From the NCBI GenBank assembly GCA_025360345.1, contig JANYCJ010000170.1, positions 1 to 51,113 of the forward strand: a DNA stretch of 51,113 nt, given 5' to 3'. Below are positions 1-9,936 of this stretch, one piece after another (positions within the stretch are counted from its first letter, which is position 1; every line of letters starts with the position of its first letter). The DNA comes from Alphaproteobacteria bacterium (lineage in GTDB: Bacteria; Pseudomonadota; Alphaproteobacteria; Rickettsiales; SXRF01). Below the pieces are notes generated by a model that saw nothing but the letters and a program-made list of their open reading frames with translations, ran no database searches and was not told the DNA's origin. The translations under genes and the position numbers were made by a program.

Positions 1-167
1 GCCTCATGCCCCAGCCCAGAAATGAAATACATCGCATCCACGAACGGGTTGCGCTGCTGCACCTCGCCGAAATCCACGAACAGCAAATGACGCACATGGT
101 TCAGCACCACCAGCCCCGCCGCCCCCCAGCGCGTCACATCCAGCAATGCCGAGAATTCTTTTTTCAT
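1..167 (-). CDS. Acyltransferase family 3 (OafA/ExoZ-like) membrane protein, N-terminal part; runs off the left edge
   Basis: Hand-translated from the ATG at 167: MKKEFSALLDVTRWGAAGLVVLNHVRHLLF...YFISGLGHEA. The LD..R..A...VV..H motif is typical of Acyl_transf_3. It starts 1 nt after the flippase stop. Confidence 0.75.
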   Translation of the reverse strand, partial: MKKEFSALLDVTRWGAAGLVVLNHVRHLLFVDFGEVQQRNPFVDAMYFISGLGHE

Positions 168-168
168 G

Positions 169-1602
169 CTAATGGATCACCGCGCTTTTCATGAACGCCA
201 CTTCTTCCTTCAGCCGCCGCAACTGCAGCACGCCACTGCTGCCCATGCATAAAAACATGATCGCCCCCGCCATCGCCAGCTGCGCAATATTGCCCAGCCC
301 CAGCGCCGCCTGCAAGGCGGTGAATAAACAAATCCCCGCGGCGGTCGCGCTCACCGGCACCAGCACCGCCCGCCAATACGCCCCGTAGCCGCATTCGATC
401 AGCGGCAGCGTCAGCATCAGCGTGCGCGGAGCATACAGCGTGAACACAATGCTATACGCCGCCCCCACCCATTCCAGCCCGAACCACACCGAAATCATCA
501 GCGTCACCACCCATAGCACGCCCGTCTCCACGGTTGCTCGCAGCTGGTAATCGGTGCGCCCCAGCACCATGCGTATCGTGCCGCACAGCCCCATGATCGC
601 CTGTATCGTGCAGGCGCAGGACACCAGCATGAACACCTGCCCCGACTGCATCCATTTTTCCGAAAGCAGCACCGTAAAGGCCGGCCGCCACGCCGCCGCC
701 ACCATCCCCATGCCCGGAACGATCACAATCGCCAGTATCCGCGTCAGCAAGAGGAAGGTAGCGCGTATCGCCGCCTTGTCTTCCTTCACCCGGCTCAGCT
801 TCGCGTAAAACACATATTGCAGCGGCCCGCTCACCAGCATCATCGGCATCCGCCCAAACTGGAACGCCATGGAATACACCCCCACCGCCGCCGCATCCAT
901 CACCTTGCCGATCACCAGGTTGTCAATCGAGCGCGTAAAAAACGTGATGCCATTCACGCTCAGCACATTGCGCCCAAACGCGATATGCTCGGAAACCTCC
1001 TTCACATTGATGGCAAATAGTGGCCTGAACGAAGAGAACCAGAACGTCGCCCCCGTCCGCACGCTATACTGCACAATCTGCTGAATCACCAATGCCCACG
1101 CACCCGCCCCGTGCCGGGCGGAAACCACCGCCGCCGTGATGCTAAGCACCACCCCCGCCACTTCCGTGCCCGCCAGTAATTTGAACCGCTGCGCCTGCTG
1201 CAGTTCCGCCCCCGAAATGGAGCAGATGGATTGCAAAAACACCACCCCCGCCAGCGCCATCACAATCGGCCCCAGCCTCGGCTCTTCGAACACCGCCGAA
1301 AAAATCGGTGCGCAGATAATCATGATCGCGGCCAGCCCGCCCCCCAGCATCACCGAAAGCCAGAAACACGTAGACCATGTCTGCCGCTCCGAAACCGGCG
1401 TGCGCACCAAAGACATGCCAATCCCCGCATCGGCGATCATCATCGCAAACAGCACAAACGGCATCGCCATCGCCACCACGCCATAATCTTCCGGCGACAA
1501 AATGCGCGACAGGATGGGTATCGCAAGGAACTGCGCCAGCAGCCGCACCACGCTGGAAAGCGACATCGCCGCCGTATCGAACAGGGTTTTCTTCAGCGAC
1601 AT
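169..1602 (-). CDS. Polysaccharide flippase (Wzx/PST family, ExoT-like)
   Basis: Many TM segments; ILSRILSPEDYGVVAMA and DNLVIGK...VGVYSMA motifs. Start moved to MSLKK (ATG 1602), just after the upstream GT stop. Confidence 0.88.
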   Translation of the reverse strand: MSLKKTLFDTAAMSLSSVVRLLAQFLAIPILSRILSPEDYGVVAMAMPFVLFAMMIADAGIGMSLVRTPVSERQTWSTCFWLSVMLGGGLAAIMIICAPIFSAVFEEPRLGPIVMALAGVVFLQSICSISGAELQQAQRFKLLAGTEVAGVVLSITAAVVSARHGAGAWALVIQQIVQYSVRTGATFWFSSFRPLFAINVKEVSEHIAFGRNVLSVNGITFFTRSIDNLVIGKVMDAAAVGVYSMAFQFGRMPMMLVSGPLQYVFYAKLSRVKEDKAAIRATFLLLTRILAIVIVPGMGMVAAAWRPAFTVLLSEKWMQSGQVFMLVSCACTIQAIMGLCGTIRMVLGRTDYQLRATVETGVLWVVTLMISVWFGLEWVGAAYSIVFTLYAPRTLMLTLPLIECGYGAYWRAVLVPVSATAAGICLFTALQAALGLGNIAQLAMAGAIMFLCMGSSGVLQLRRLKEEVAFMKSAVIH

Positions 1603-1609
1603 GCGGCCC

Positions 1610-2608
1610 TCATTTCGGCTTATACAGGCCGAGGGCCTTGCCCACCACCGCCTGCACCGCGTAATAAGGCAGCCACAGATACGCCCGCGCATCCCGCTTC
1701 GCCATCGTGCGCACCTCCTGGGGCATCCCGCCCCCCTTCGCCAGCCGCCGGAGCGTGTGAAACGCGATGTCGCGCTTATGCAGCGCAATATGGCGGTCGT
1801 TCCACTCCCGGTCCGAAGCGTTCAGCGCCACCGTCCTGCCGATCAGCGTATGCGCGCGCATATTGTCGATCAGCCGCTGCATATAGCCCGGCGTCTCCCA
1901 ACCCATATTGCTGAAATACAAATTAATGCCCGAGCCGCAATACACCATCTTCGCCGGTGAAAAACACACCCGCGCCCGCGCCACCAGCGTCAGGAAAAAA
2001 ATCACATCCTCGCCCGCATTGCGCACCGAAGTATCGAACAACAGCTCCGCCGCCACGCTGCGCCGGTACATCGCGGTAGAAATCTGGCACGGGAAATCCC
2101 GCAGCGTAAGTGTGGTCATCACGTCCCTGCTCACCGCGATAGGGTCAGCCCCCTTCGCTGCCGTGATAAGCGGCAGGATCAGCCCCCCATCCGCCGAGAA
2201 ATGCGACGCATGGTGCCCGTCGCGCTCATTATCGCAGAAATACAGGTCAAACCCCTGCTCCAGCGCCGCCACCGCCTTGGCCACATGCCCCCCATACCAG
2301 CTATCGTCGGAATCAAGGAACGCAATATAAGTAGTGTCCGCGGAAACGGCTCTCAGCGCCGTATTGCGCGCCGCCGCCACCCCACCATTGGGCTGCGAAA
2401 GAATTTTAAGTGAAAAAGGCGGTTGGAAAACAAGGCCTTCCACTTCACCGGCCACCGGCACGGGCGAAGCGTCGTCCACCACGATCACCTCCACCGCCAC
2501 CCCGCCGGGCAGCGCCTGTGCCAAAATAGAAGAAAGCGCCCGCCGCAAAATGCCGCTATCACGCTGATAATAAGGAATAATGACTGAAACCAGCATCACA
2601 TTCGCCAC
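1610..2608 (-). CDS. exoW: Glycosyltransferase family 2, ExoW-like
   Basis: VSVIIPYYQRDSGILRRALSSILAQ N-terminus as in rhizobial ExoW; VVDDASP, GGVAAARN, FLDSDD. Start could be ATG 2596. Confidence 0.75.
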   Translation of the reverse strand: MANVMLVSVIIPYYQRDSGILRRALSSILAQALPGGVAVEVIVVDDASPVPVAGEVEGLVFQPPFSLKILSQPNGGVAAARNTALRAVSADTTYIAFLDSDDSWYGGHVAKAVAALEQGFDLYFCDNERDGHHASHFSADGGLILPLITAAKGADPIAVSRDVMTTLTLRDFPCQISTAMYRRSVAAELLFDTSVRNAGEDVIFFLTLVARARVCFSPAKMVYCGSGINLYFSNMGWETPGYMQRLIDNMRAHTLIGRTVALNASDREWNDRHIALHKRDIAFHTLRRLAKGGGMPQEVRTMAKRDARAYLWLPYYAVQAVVGKALGLYKPK

Positions 2609-2768
2609 GTTAAAGGCACTCTCTTACAGCATTTTCCAAAGAGTTACAGCAAATTACTGCGCCCGCACCCCACGAAAAGCGCGAAAAACCGCCCTATATC
2701 CATGATAACGGTTGGTTTTTCCCCCCGTTTCCATTATGAAACCCCAGAAGCACAACAAGGGCCGCCCC

Positions 2769-3671
2769 GTGACCGATTTTTCCATCCTCATCTGCACCCG
2801 CAACCGCGCAGACAAATTGCAGAACACGCTCGCCTCCGTCGCAGCTGCCATCGCCCACGCCCCCTCCCTCTCCGTCGAAGTCCTCCTCGTGGATAACGGC
2901 TCCACCGACAACACCTCCGCCACCATAGCCCAGTGGGCCGCCTCCGTCCCCTTCCCGGTCAAAAACATCTTCGAAAAAACCCCCGGCCTTTCCGCCGCGC
3001 GCAACGCGGGCATCCGCGCCGCCACCGGGAATGTCGTGGCCTTCACCGACGACGACTGCACCCTGAACCCCGACTACCTCACCACACTCGCCCGCTACTA
3101 CGCCGCAGACACCACCCCCACCATCCGCGGCGGCAAGGTCGAGCTGGGCGACCCCACTGACATCCCCTACACCATCCTCCTCTGCCCCGAGCCGAAAAAG
3201 CTGCAATCCCCCATCTCCCCTTCCGGCTTCATCATCGGCGCCAACATGGCCATCCCCCAGTCCGTCTTGCACAGCACCGGCTTTTTCGACGAGCGCTTCG
3301 GCGCGGGCGCGCCCTTCAAGGCCGGTGAGGAAAGCGACTATATTTACCGCGCCTACCGCGCCGGAACGCCCGTGGAATACGTGCCTGACCTCATCGTCCA
3401 GCACTTCCATGGCCGTAAAGACAAAGCCGCCATCCACCAGCTCAGCCAGGGCTATTTCCTCGGCGGCGGCGCCATGTTCGCCAAGCACCTCACCGACCGC
3501 TTCCTCCTGCGCCACCTCTACTGGGACATCAAGGGCGCGCTGCGGGCATGGGCGAAAGGCGAAACCATCATGGACAAAGACCTCAACATCACCTACCGCG
3601 ACTATCTCTGCGCCACTTTTCGCGGCATGGCGCTCTATGGCAAACACCGCCTTTGCGGGGCCGGAAAATGA
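2769..3671 (+). CDS. Glycosyltransferase family 2
   Basis: ILICTRNR, LVDNGSTD, GLSAARNAG, FTDDDC, GANMA, FDERFGAG..GEE motifs. Start uncertain (GTG 2769 or ATG 2736). Confidence 0.85.
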   Translation: MTDFSILICTRNRADKLQNTLASVAAAIAHAPSLSVEVLLVDNGSTDNTSATIAQWAASVPFPVKNIFEKTPGLSAARNAGIRAATGNVVAFTDDDCTLNPDYLTTLARYYAADTTPTIRGGKVELGDPTDIPYTILLCPEPKKLQSPISPSGFIIGANMAIPQSVLHSTGFFDERFGAGAPFKAGEESDYIYRAYRAGTPVEYVPDLIVQHFHGRKDKAAIHQLSQGYFLGGGAMFAKHLTDRFLLRHLYWDIKGALRAWAKGETIMDKDLNITYRDYLCATFRGMALYGKHRLCGAGK

Positions 3672-4681
3672 CCACCAGCGCCGTCATCATCCAAACCCTT
3701 CAGGATAAAATCCACGCCCTCCTCGCCCCCCACATGCCCAGCGGCGGCAAGCTCGCCCTGCTGGATTTCCCCGACCACCCCAATGTCGGCGACAGCGCCA
3801 TCTGGCTCGGCGAAATCGCCTATCTCAAACGCTGGCACCGCACCACCCCGCGCTATGTCTGCACCGTGGAAAACTTCCGCCATGAAGACCTCCGCGCCGC
3901 CCTGCCCACCGGCCCCATCTTCCTCCACGGCGGCGGCAATTTCGGCGATGTCTGGCCCAAGCACCAGGACTTCCGCGAAATGATTATCAAGGAATACCCA
4001 GACCGCCCCATCATCCAGCTCCCCCAATCCATCCATTTTTCGGATGAGGCCAGCATCGCCCGCACCGCTGCCATCATCAACGCCCACCCCAACTTCACCC
4101 TGCTGGTGCGCGACCAGCACAGCTACGACCTCGCCAAAAAGCACTTCACCTGCAAAACCGAACTCAGCCCCGACATGGCCTTTTGCCTCGGTGCGCAAAC
4201 CCGCCACGGCCCGCTCCTGCACAAGCTGCTCCTGCTCCTGCGCACCGACCACGAAACCCAGACCGCCGCTCCCCCCGCCAATGACCTCCCCCCGGGCGCC
4301 TCCGTCGAAGACTGGCTGGAAGAAGACCCCCATATCAATGGCCGCATCCGTAAGCTCACCAAGCGCTACCTCCCCCTCCTCGGCCTCAAAGCCCTGGTGC
4401 GCGACTACCAGCGCGAAATGCTGTACCGCTTCCTCGCCGAAGACCGCGTCACCCGTGGCCTGCGCCAGCTTTCCTCCGCGCCCTATGTCATCACCGACCG
4501 CCTCCACGCCCATATCCTCTGCCTGCTGCTCAACATCCCCCATACCGTGCTGGACAATAACTACGGTAAAATTCGCCGCTTCTCCGAAGTCTGGACCCAG
4601 GATCTTGGCATTTTATCCCGCGCCCAGACCCTGCCCGAGGCAATAAATACATATAAATCAATGATGGCCCCCAAAGCATAG
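3668..4681 (+). CDS. Polysaccharide pyruvyl transferase (EpsO/YvfF-like)
   Basis: DFPDHPNVGDSAIWLGE, HGGGNFGD, QLPQSIHF, VRD, PDMAF, ITDRLHAHI, DNNYGKI. ATGA overlap with the upstream stop. Confidence 0.88.
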   Translation: MTTSAVIIQTLQDKIHALLAPHMPSGGKLALLDFPDHPNVGDSAIWLGEIAYLKRWHRTTPRYVCTVENFRHEDLRAALPTGPIFLHGGGNFGDVWPKHQDFREMIIKEYPDRPIIQLPQSIHFSDEASIARTAAIINAHPNFTLLVRDQHSYDLAKKHFTCKTELSPDMAFCLGAQTRHGPLLHKLLLLLRTDHETQTAAPPANDLPPGASVEDWLEEDPHINGRIRKLTKRYLPLLGLKALVRDYQREMLYRFLAEDRVTRGLRQLSSAPYVITDRLHAHILCLLLNIPHTVLDNNYGKIRRFSEVWTQDLGILSRAQTLPEAINTYKSMMAPKA

Positions 4682-4779
4682 GCGCAAGGCATGGCTTTAC
4701 TTCAGCGCGGATAACCTTTACAATACCGCAAGTTAAAACTTAGCCACCCCATACCCCCGAGTGTAACGCCCCAAAAAAA

Positions 4780-5739
4780 ATGAGTGCAACGACACCAACG
4801 CCGCAGGTCTGTATCATCATCGCTGCCTACAACGCCGAAAAAACCATCGCCCGCGCCGTGGCCTCCGCCCTCGCGCAAGGCGAAACCGCCGAAATCGTGG
4901 TGGTAGACGATGCCTCCACCGACCAGACCCTCGCCGCCGCCCTCTCCGCCGACGACGGCACACACCGCCTCAAGCTCCTCCGCCAGCCGCAAAACGCCGG
5001 CCCCTCCGCCGCCCGCAACCGCGCCATCGCCGAAAGCACAAGCCCATGGCTCGCCGTGCTCGATGCCGATGATTTCTTTCTTCCCGGCCGCCTCTGCGGC
5101 CTGCTCCGCCACGCCGAAAACGCGGACTTCATCGCCGATAATATGTGGCAGGTGCCCGAAACCGATATCAACGCCCCCCGCACCTCCCTGCTCGACCCCG
5201 CCCCCACCGCGCCCGAGCACGTGAATTTCGACCGCTTCGTGCTGTCAAACGTCACCCGCCCCGGCAAGCAGCGCGCCGAGCTGGGCTTCATCAAGCCCCT
5301 CATGCGCCGCAGCTTCCTCGACCGCCACAACCTCCGCTATCAGGAACATATGCGCCTCGGCGAAGATTTCGAACTATACGCCCGCGCCCTCGGCCTCGGC
5401 GCGCGTATGCTGCTCCTTCCCGCGCAGGGCTACATCTCCGTCGTCCGCCCCAACTCACTCAGCGGCCAGCACACCGAAACCGACCTCCTCAACCTGCGCG
5501 ACTGCGACCACGCCCTCCTCGCCAGCCTGCCCCTGAACACCTCCGCCAAACAGGCGCTCCGCCAGCATTACCTGAGCCTTGATTGCCGCCTGCAATGGCG
5601 CCTGCTCATCCTCGCCGTCAAGCACCGCAACGTGAAAGCCGCGCTCGCCACCTTCCTGCGCCCATGGCCCGTGCCGCTCTACCTCCTCCGCAAACTGGCC
5701 GAAACTTTCGCCCAGCGTATGCAGGGCGCCCCCGCATGA
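4780..5739 (+). CDS. exoU: Glycosyltransferase family 2, ExoU-like
   Basis: VCIIIAA..A..TIARAVASALA, ADDGT.RL, VLDADDFF.PGRL, DFIADN, ELGFIKPLMRR.FLD.H.LRY, RLGED, VVR.NSLSG.H: colinear with rhizobial ExoU as I recall it. Confidence 0.8.
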   Translation: MSATTPTPQVCIIIAAYNAEKTIARAVASALAQGETAEIVVVDDASTDQTLAAALSADDGTHRLKLLRQPQNAGPSAARNRAIAESTSPWLAVLDADDFFLPGRLCGLLRHAENADFIADNMWQVPETDINAPRTSLLDPAPTAPEHVNFDRFVLSNVTRPGKQRAELGFIKPLMRRSFLDRHNLRYQEHMRLGEDFELYARALGLGARMLLLPAQGYISVVRPNSLSGQHTETDLLNLRDCDHALLASLPLNTSAKQALRQHYLSLDCRLQWRLLILAVKHRNVKAALATFLRPWPVPLYLLRKLAETFAQRMQGAPA

Positions 5740-7325
5740 CCGGCCCCAGCTACAAGCGGAATTCCGCAGCCCCCCTGCTTGCCATCACCCTCGGCCTGCT
5801 GCTCATCGCCTTCCACCGTATGCGCGGCGACCTCCTCGTCGCGTGGTCGTCCGAAGATTACGGCCACGGCATGGTGATTCCCTTCGTCGCCGCGCTCATG
5901 GGCTGGCACATCCTCACCAGCCACCCGCAAAAACCCGCCCCTTCATGGCTCGGCCCCGCCGTCATGTTGCTCAGCGCCCTGTTCCTCCTTATCGCCGCCC
6001 TTGCCGCCTTTCAGGCCGCCGCGCATTACGGCTTCATCATCGCCCTCATCGCCTGTTCCCTTGCCTTCCTCGGCACGCGCGGCACATTCCTGCTCCTTCC
6101 CGCCTTTATCTACCTCTTCTTCGCCATCCCCCTGCCGCATCTTGTGTATGCAAATCTCTCGCAGGACCTCCAGCTCCTCTCCTCCACCCTGGGCGTAAAA
6201 CTCCTCGAAGCCCTCGGCATCAGCGTCTATCAGGAAGGAAACGTCATTGACCTCGGGCTTTATAAATTGCAGGTGGTGGAAGCCTGCAGCGGCCTTCGCT
6301 ACCTTTTCCCGCTGGTAAGCTTCGGCTACCTCGTGGCCTACCTGATGCAGGACGCCATGTGGAAACGCCTCGTCATCTTCGCCTCCGCCGTGCCCATCAC
6401 CATTTTCATGAACACCCTGCGCATTGCCCTGATCGGCGTCACCGTCGACAAGTGGGGCCCCTCCATGGCCGAGGGCCTCCTCCACCAGTTTGAAGGCTGG
6501 GTGGTGTTTTCCCTCTGTGTCGCCATCATGCTGGCCGAGGCCGCGTGGCTCATGAAAGCCACCGCTGGCCGCCACAAGGGCCATTTCCGCTTTGAAATTT
6601 TCGGCATCCCCTCGGGCCGTATGCTCAAATCCCCCCTCATCCCCCGCCCCGCCGCCCTTGCCACCTTCGGCCTTGCCGCGGCGCTCGCGGGCATTTTCGG
6701 CAGCGGCATGATCGAAGAACGCGCCGAAACCATCCCCGACCATCCCTCCTTCGCCACCTTCCCCGCAGATATTGACGGCTGGCACGCCACCGAGCAGGGC
6801 TTAAGCCCCGATATCCTGAACAGCCTCCAGCTTACCGATTACTGGCTGGCCGACTATACCCATGACGGCATCCCCTCCCCCGTCAACTTCTACATCGCCT
6901 ACTATGCCAGCCAGCGCATCGGCTCCTCCACCCATTCGCCTGCGCATTGCATTCCCGGCGGCGGCTGGCAGGTAGAAAAGAAATCCCTCCTCCCCGTCAC
7001 CTTGTCGGACGGCACCGTCATCACCGTCACCCGTATGCTCATCCGCCGCGCCGAGGCCGCCCAGCTGGTCTATTTCTGGTTTGACGAGCGCGGCCGCAAC
7101 ATCACCGAAACCTCTTATGCCAAATGGTACCTGTTCGTGGATTCCATCACCATGGGCAGGAGCGACGGCGCGCTCGTTCGCCTCGTCACCCCCGTGGACG
7201 CCACCGAAAAAACCGAAGACGCAGACACCCGCCTCCAGCATTTCATGGAGCTGGCGCATCCCGCGCTGGCCACCTTCATCCCCGGCCGTAACCTGAGCCT
7301 CCCACCAGAAAGCCCCACCCCATGA
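5736..7325 (+). CDS. xrtD: Exosortase D (VPLPA-CTERM-specific) with C-terminal EpsI domain
   Basis: Catalytic C-R-H in LQVVEACSGLRYLFPL, NTLRI and LLHQFEGW; EpsI-type HSPAHCIPGGGWQ and R.DGALVRL. A VPLPA-type target gene lies downstream. ATGA overlap at 5736. Confidence 0.88.
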   Translation: MTGPSYKRNSAAPLLAITLGLLLIAFHRMRGDLLVAWSSEDYGHGMVIPFVAALMGWHILTSHPQKPAPSWLGPAVMLLSALFLLIAALAAFQAAAHYGFIIALIACSLAFLGTRGTFLLLPAFIYLFFAIPLPHLVYANLSQDLQLLSSTLGVKLLEALGISVYQEGNVIDLGLYKLQVVEACSGLRYLFPLVSFGYLVAYLMQDAMWKRLVIFASAVPITIFMNTLRIALIGVTVDKWGPSMAEGLLHQFEGWVVFSLCVAIMLAEAAWLMKATAGRHKGHFRFEIFGIPSGRMLKSPLIPRPAALATFGLAAALAGIFGSGMIEERAETIPDHPSFATFPADIDGWHATEQGLSPDILNSLQLTDYWLADYTHDGIPSPVNFYIAYYASQRIGSSTHSPAHCIPGGGWQVEKKSLLPVTLSDGTVITVTRMLIRRAEAAQLVYFWFDERGRNITETSYAKWYLFVDSITMGRSDGALVRLVTPVDATEKTEDADTRLQHFMELAHPALATFIPGRNLSLPPESPTP

Positions 7326-9712
7326 AGACCAGCACCAAGATCGCCATCGCCTCCGCCATCGCCGTCGCGGCCTATGTTTCCCTGCACCGCGAAACCCCGC
7401 AGGTGCGCGAGCAGCGCTACCTCGCCCATGGCAACGAACTCTTCAACGCCGGGGAATATGAAAAAGCCCGCGTCGAATACCGCAACGCCGCCAAGCTCAT
7501 GCCCCTCGACCCCGAAATCAGCTACCGCTGGGGCATGGTCGATGAAGCGCAGGGCGACATCCGCAATGCCTTCGCCAACTATCTCCGCGCCGAGCAGCAG
7601 AACCCGCACTATGCCCCCGCCCTGCTCAAGCTCGCCCACTACCAGCTCGTGGTGGAGCAATACGGCGAAGTGCAGAAACGCCTCGATATCGTGCTCGCGG
7701 ATGATTCCGCCAACGCCGAGGCCCACGCCCTGAAAGCCTCCCTCCTTCTCCACCAGCACCAGTATGACGACGTCCGCAAGGAAATCGCATTGGCCACCGC
7801 CGCGGACCCCGGCAACATCACCGCCGCCTCCGTCCTCACCGGCCTCTACATCGCCGAAGGCGACATGGCCAAGGCCGAAGCCGCCGTGGACGACGGCATC
7901 GCCCACAACCCCAAAGACCTTTCGCTCCTCCTGCTGAAAGTGAAGATGTTCGAAAAACCCCTGAACCTGGAAAAAATCAACCAGGCCTATAACGACATCA
8001 TCAAGCTCCAGCCCAGCGACGTGCAGCTGCGCACCGTGCTGGCAGACATCTATATGCAGGGCGGCAGGCTCGACGACGCCGAAACCACCCTCCGCAGCGC
8101 CACGCATGACATGCCTGACAACTGGGACCTGAAACACCAGCTGGTCATGTTCCTCGGCCGCTACCGCAGCGTGGATGTCGCCGAAAAAGAAATCCAGTCC
8201 ATGATGCAGTCAGACTCCGACCATACCGAGCTGTATTTCTGGCTCACCGAGCTTTATATAGACCACAACCAGATTGACAAAGCCGTGGCCCTCCTCGAAC
8301 AGATCGTGGCCCGGGATGATTCCGACCGCCAGAGCCTGCTCGCCCGCTCATCCCTCGCCCGTATCAATTTCCGCAAAGGCAACAAGGAACTGGCCGAACA
8401 GCTGGTGAACGCCGTGCTCGCCAAAGCCCCCACGAATCCTGAAGCGCTTTATGTCCGCGCCAGCATCGCCACCGATGAGGCGCGCTACCAGAATGCGGTA
8501 AACGACCTGCGCCTTATCATCCGCAACAATCCCAAAAACGCTGACGCGCTCCAGCTTCTCGCTGAAGTGCTGCTGCTGCAGGGCTACACCGACCTCGCCA
8601 TCGAAACCCTCAATCAGGTGGTAGAGCTGAACCCCGCCAACTCGCCCGCGCAGGTGCGCCTCGCCCAGATGTATAACCAGAACCATGATCCCGAGCACGG
8701 CATGAAAATCCTCGATGCCGTCACGAAGCTGGACCCCGGCTACCCCGTCGCGTGGGAAAGCATGGCGCGCCTGGCCATCGGCATGAATGATTTTAAAACC
8801 GCCAACCTCGCCATCACCCATCTGCAGGGCTTTAAAGGGCAGGAGCAGGTGGCGCAGTTCCTTACCGGCCAGCTCGCCCAGGCCAGCGGCGACAAATCCG
8901 TTGCCCTCGGCACCTACGCCGAGATCATCAAAAAGGACCCCAAATCCCCCCTCGCTGAGCGCGCCGTGTTTGAAATGGTCGAAAAGCACCACTCTCCCGA
9001 AGAGCTCACTGCCACCTTGCAGCTCCTGAACTCCCTCAACACTGACAGCGCCTATATTAATACCATTATCGGTGAAACCTACATGGCACTGGAAAAGCCA
9101 GACCTGGCCCTTGCCGCGTTCGACAAGGCCATCGCCAACCACCCCGTCACCCAGGACGCCTACCTGAACCGCGCCAAGATGTATTATGATGCCGGGGACG
9201 AAGCTAAGGCTGTCGAACTCCTGAAACTGGCACATGACGCCAACACCAGCGACGTCCGCGCCGACCTCTTCCTTGCCGATGTGGACACCAAGAACGCCAA
9301 GTTCGCCGACGCCATCCAGCGTTATCAGGATCTGCTCGTGCGCTTCCCCGACCTCGATGTCGCCGCCAACAACATGGCATCCCTCATCGCCGACAATGAA
9401 TATACCGATGCCGCGCAGTTAGAAAAGGCCGCCAAGGCCGTTGAGCATTTCGCCGCTGGCAAGAACCAGAACTTCATTGACACCTTAAGCTGGGTCTATT
9501 ACCGCCAGGCCAAGTTCACTCAGGCCGAGTCGCTCATGGAGCATAATAGTAGCTTAGGCCCCCTAAGTCCTAACATGCACTATCATTATGGCGCCATTTT
9601 GATTGCCCGCGGTAATAAACCCAAGGCTAAAGATGAACTTCAAAAGGCTACTCTTAAGGAAGCCTCCCCTGAAATTGTCAAAAAGGCGCAGGAATTGTTA
9701 AAGGATATTTAG
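7322..9712 (+). CDS. TPR-repeat protein of the exosortase system (PrsT-like)
   Basis: N-terminal membrane anchor then TPR helices throughout (G...F..GEYEKARVEYRNA); C-terminal NN.A.L / DTL.WVYY / YHYG; directly after the exosortase. Confidence 0.8.
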   Translation: MKTSTKIAIASAIAVAAYVSLHRETPQVREQRYLAHGNELFNAGEYEKARVEYRNAAKLMPLDPEISYRWGMVDEAQGDIRNAFANYLRAEQQNPHYAPALLKLAHYQLVVEQYGEVQKRLDIVLADDSANAEAHALKASLLLHQHQYDDVRKEIALATAADPGNITAASVLTGLYIAEGDMAKAEAAVDDGIAHNPKDLSLLLLKVKMFEKPLNLEKINQAYNDIIKLQPSDVQLRTVLADIYMQGGRLDDAETTLRSATHDMPDNWDLKHQLVMFLGRYRSVDVAEKEIQSMMQSDSDHTELYFWLTELYIDHNQIDKAVALLEQIVARDDSDRQSLLARSSLARINFRKGNKELAEQLVNAVLAKAPTNPEALYVRASIATDEARYQNAVNDLRLIIRNNPKNADALQLLAEVLLLQGYTDLAIETLNQVVELNPANSPAQVRLAQMYNQNHDPEHGMKILDAVTKLDPGYPVAWESMARLAIGMNDFKTANLAITHLQGFKGQEQVAQFLTGQLAQASGDKSVALGTYAEIIKKDPKSPLAERAVFEMVEKHHSPEELTATLQLLNSLNTDSAYINTIIGETYMALEKPDLALAAFDKAIANHPVTQDAYLNRAKMYYDAGDEAKAVELLKLAHDANTSDVRADLFLADVDTKNAKFADAIQRYQDLLVRFPDLDVAANNMASLIADNEYTDAAQLEKAAKAVEHFAAGKNQNFIDTLSWVYYRQAKFTQAESLMEHNSSLGPLSPNMHYHYGAILIARGNKPKAKDELQKATLKEASPEIVKKAQELLKDI

Positions 9713-9936
9713 CTTTGACCCCTCTTATTAAAACACCATTAGGAGTAAATACCTCCGCGTAAAGAGAGCATAAAGATCATATTGTCCTTATTTATGGGTA
9801 ATTTATGGGTTTTTTATTTTCTAAAATTTTTCTCATAAAACACACAAAATAGTGCTTGCTGGTAAAGTAAACTTTTGCTATCAAGGCACCACGAAACATA
9901 AATCCGTCTACCCCTCTATATAAAAGAATTACCACG

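Noticed and set aside
1603-1788. Long upstream starts for the flippase (also 3548 pyruvyltransferase, 5583 exosortase)
   Set aside because: They overlap neighbouring genes; downstream ATGs adjacent to the preceding stops are more plausible.
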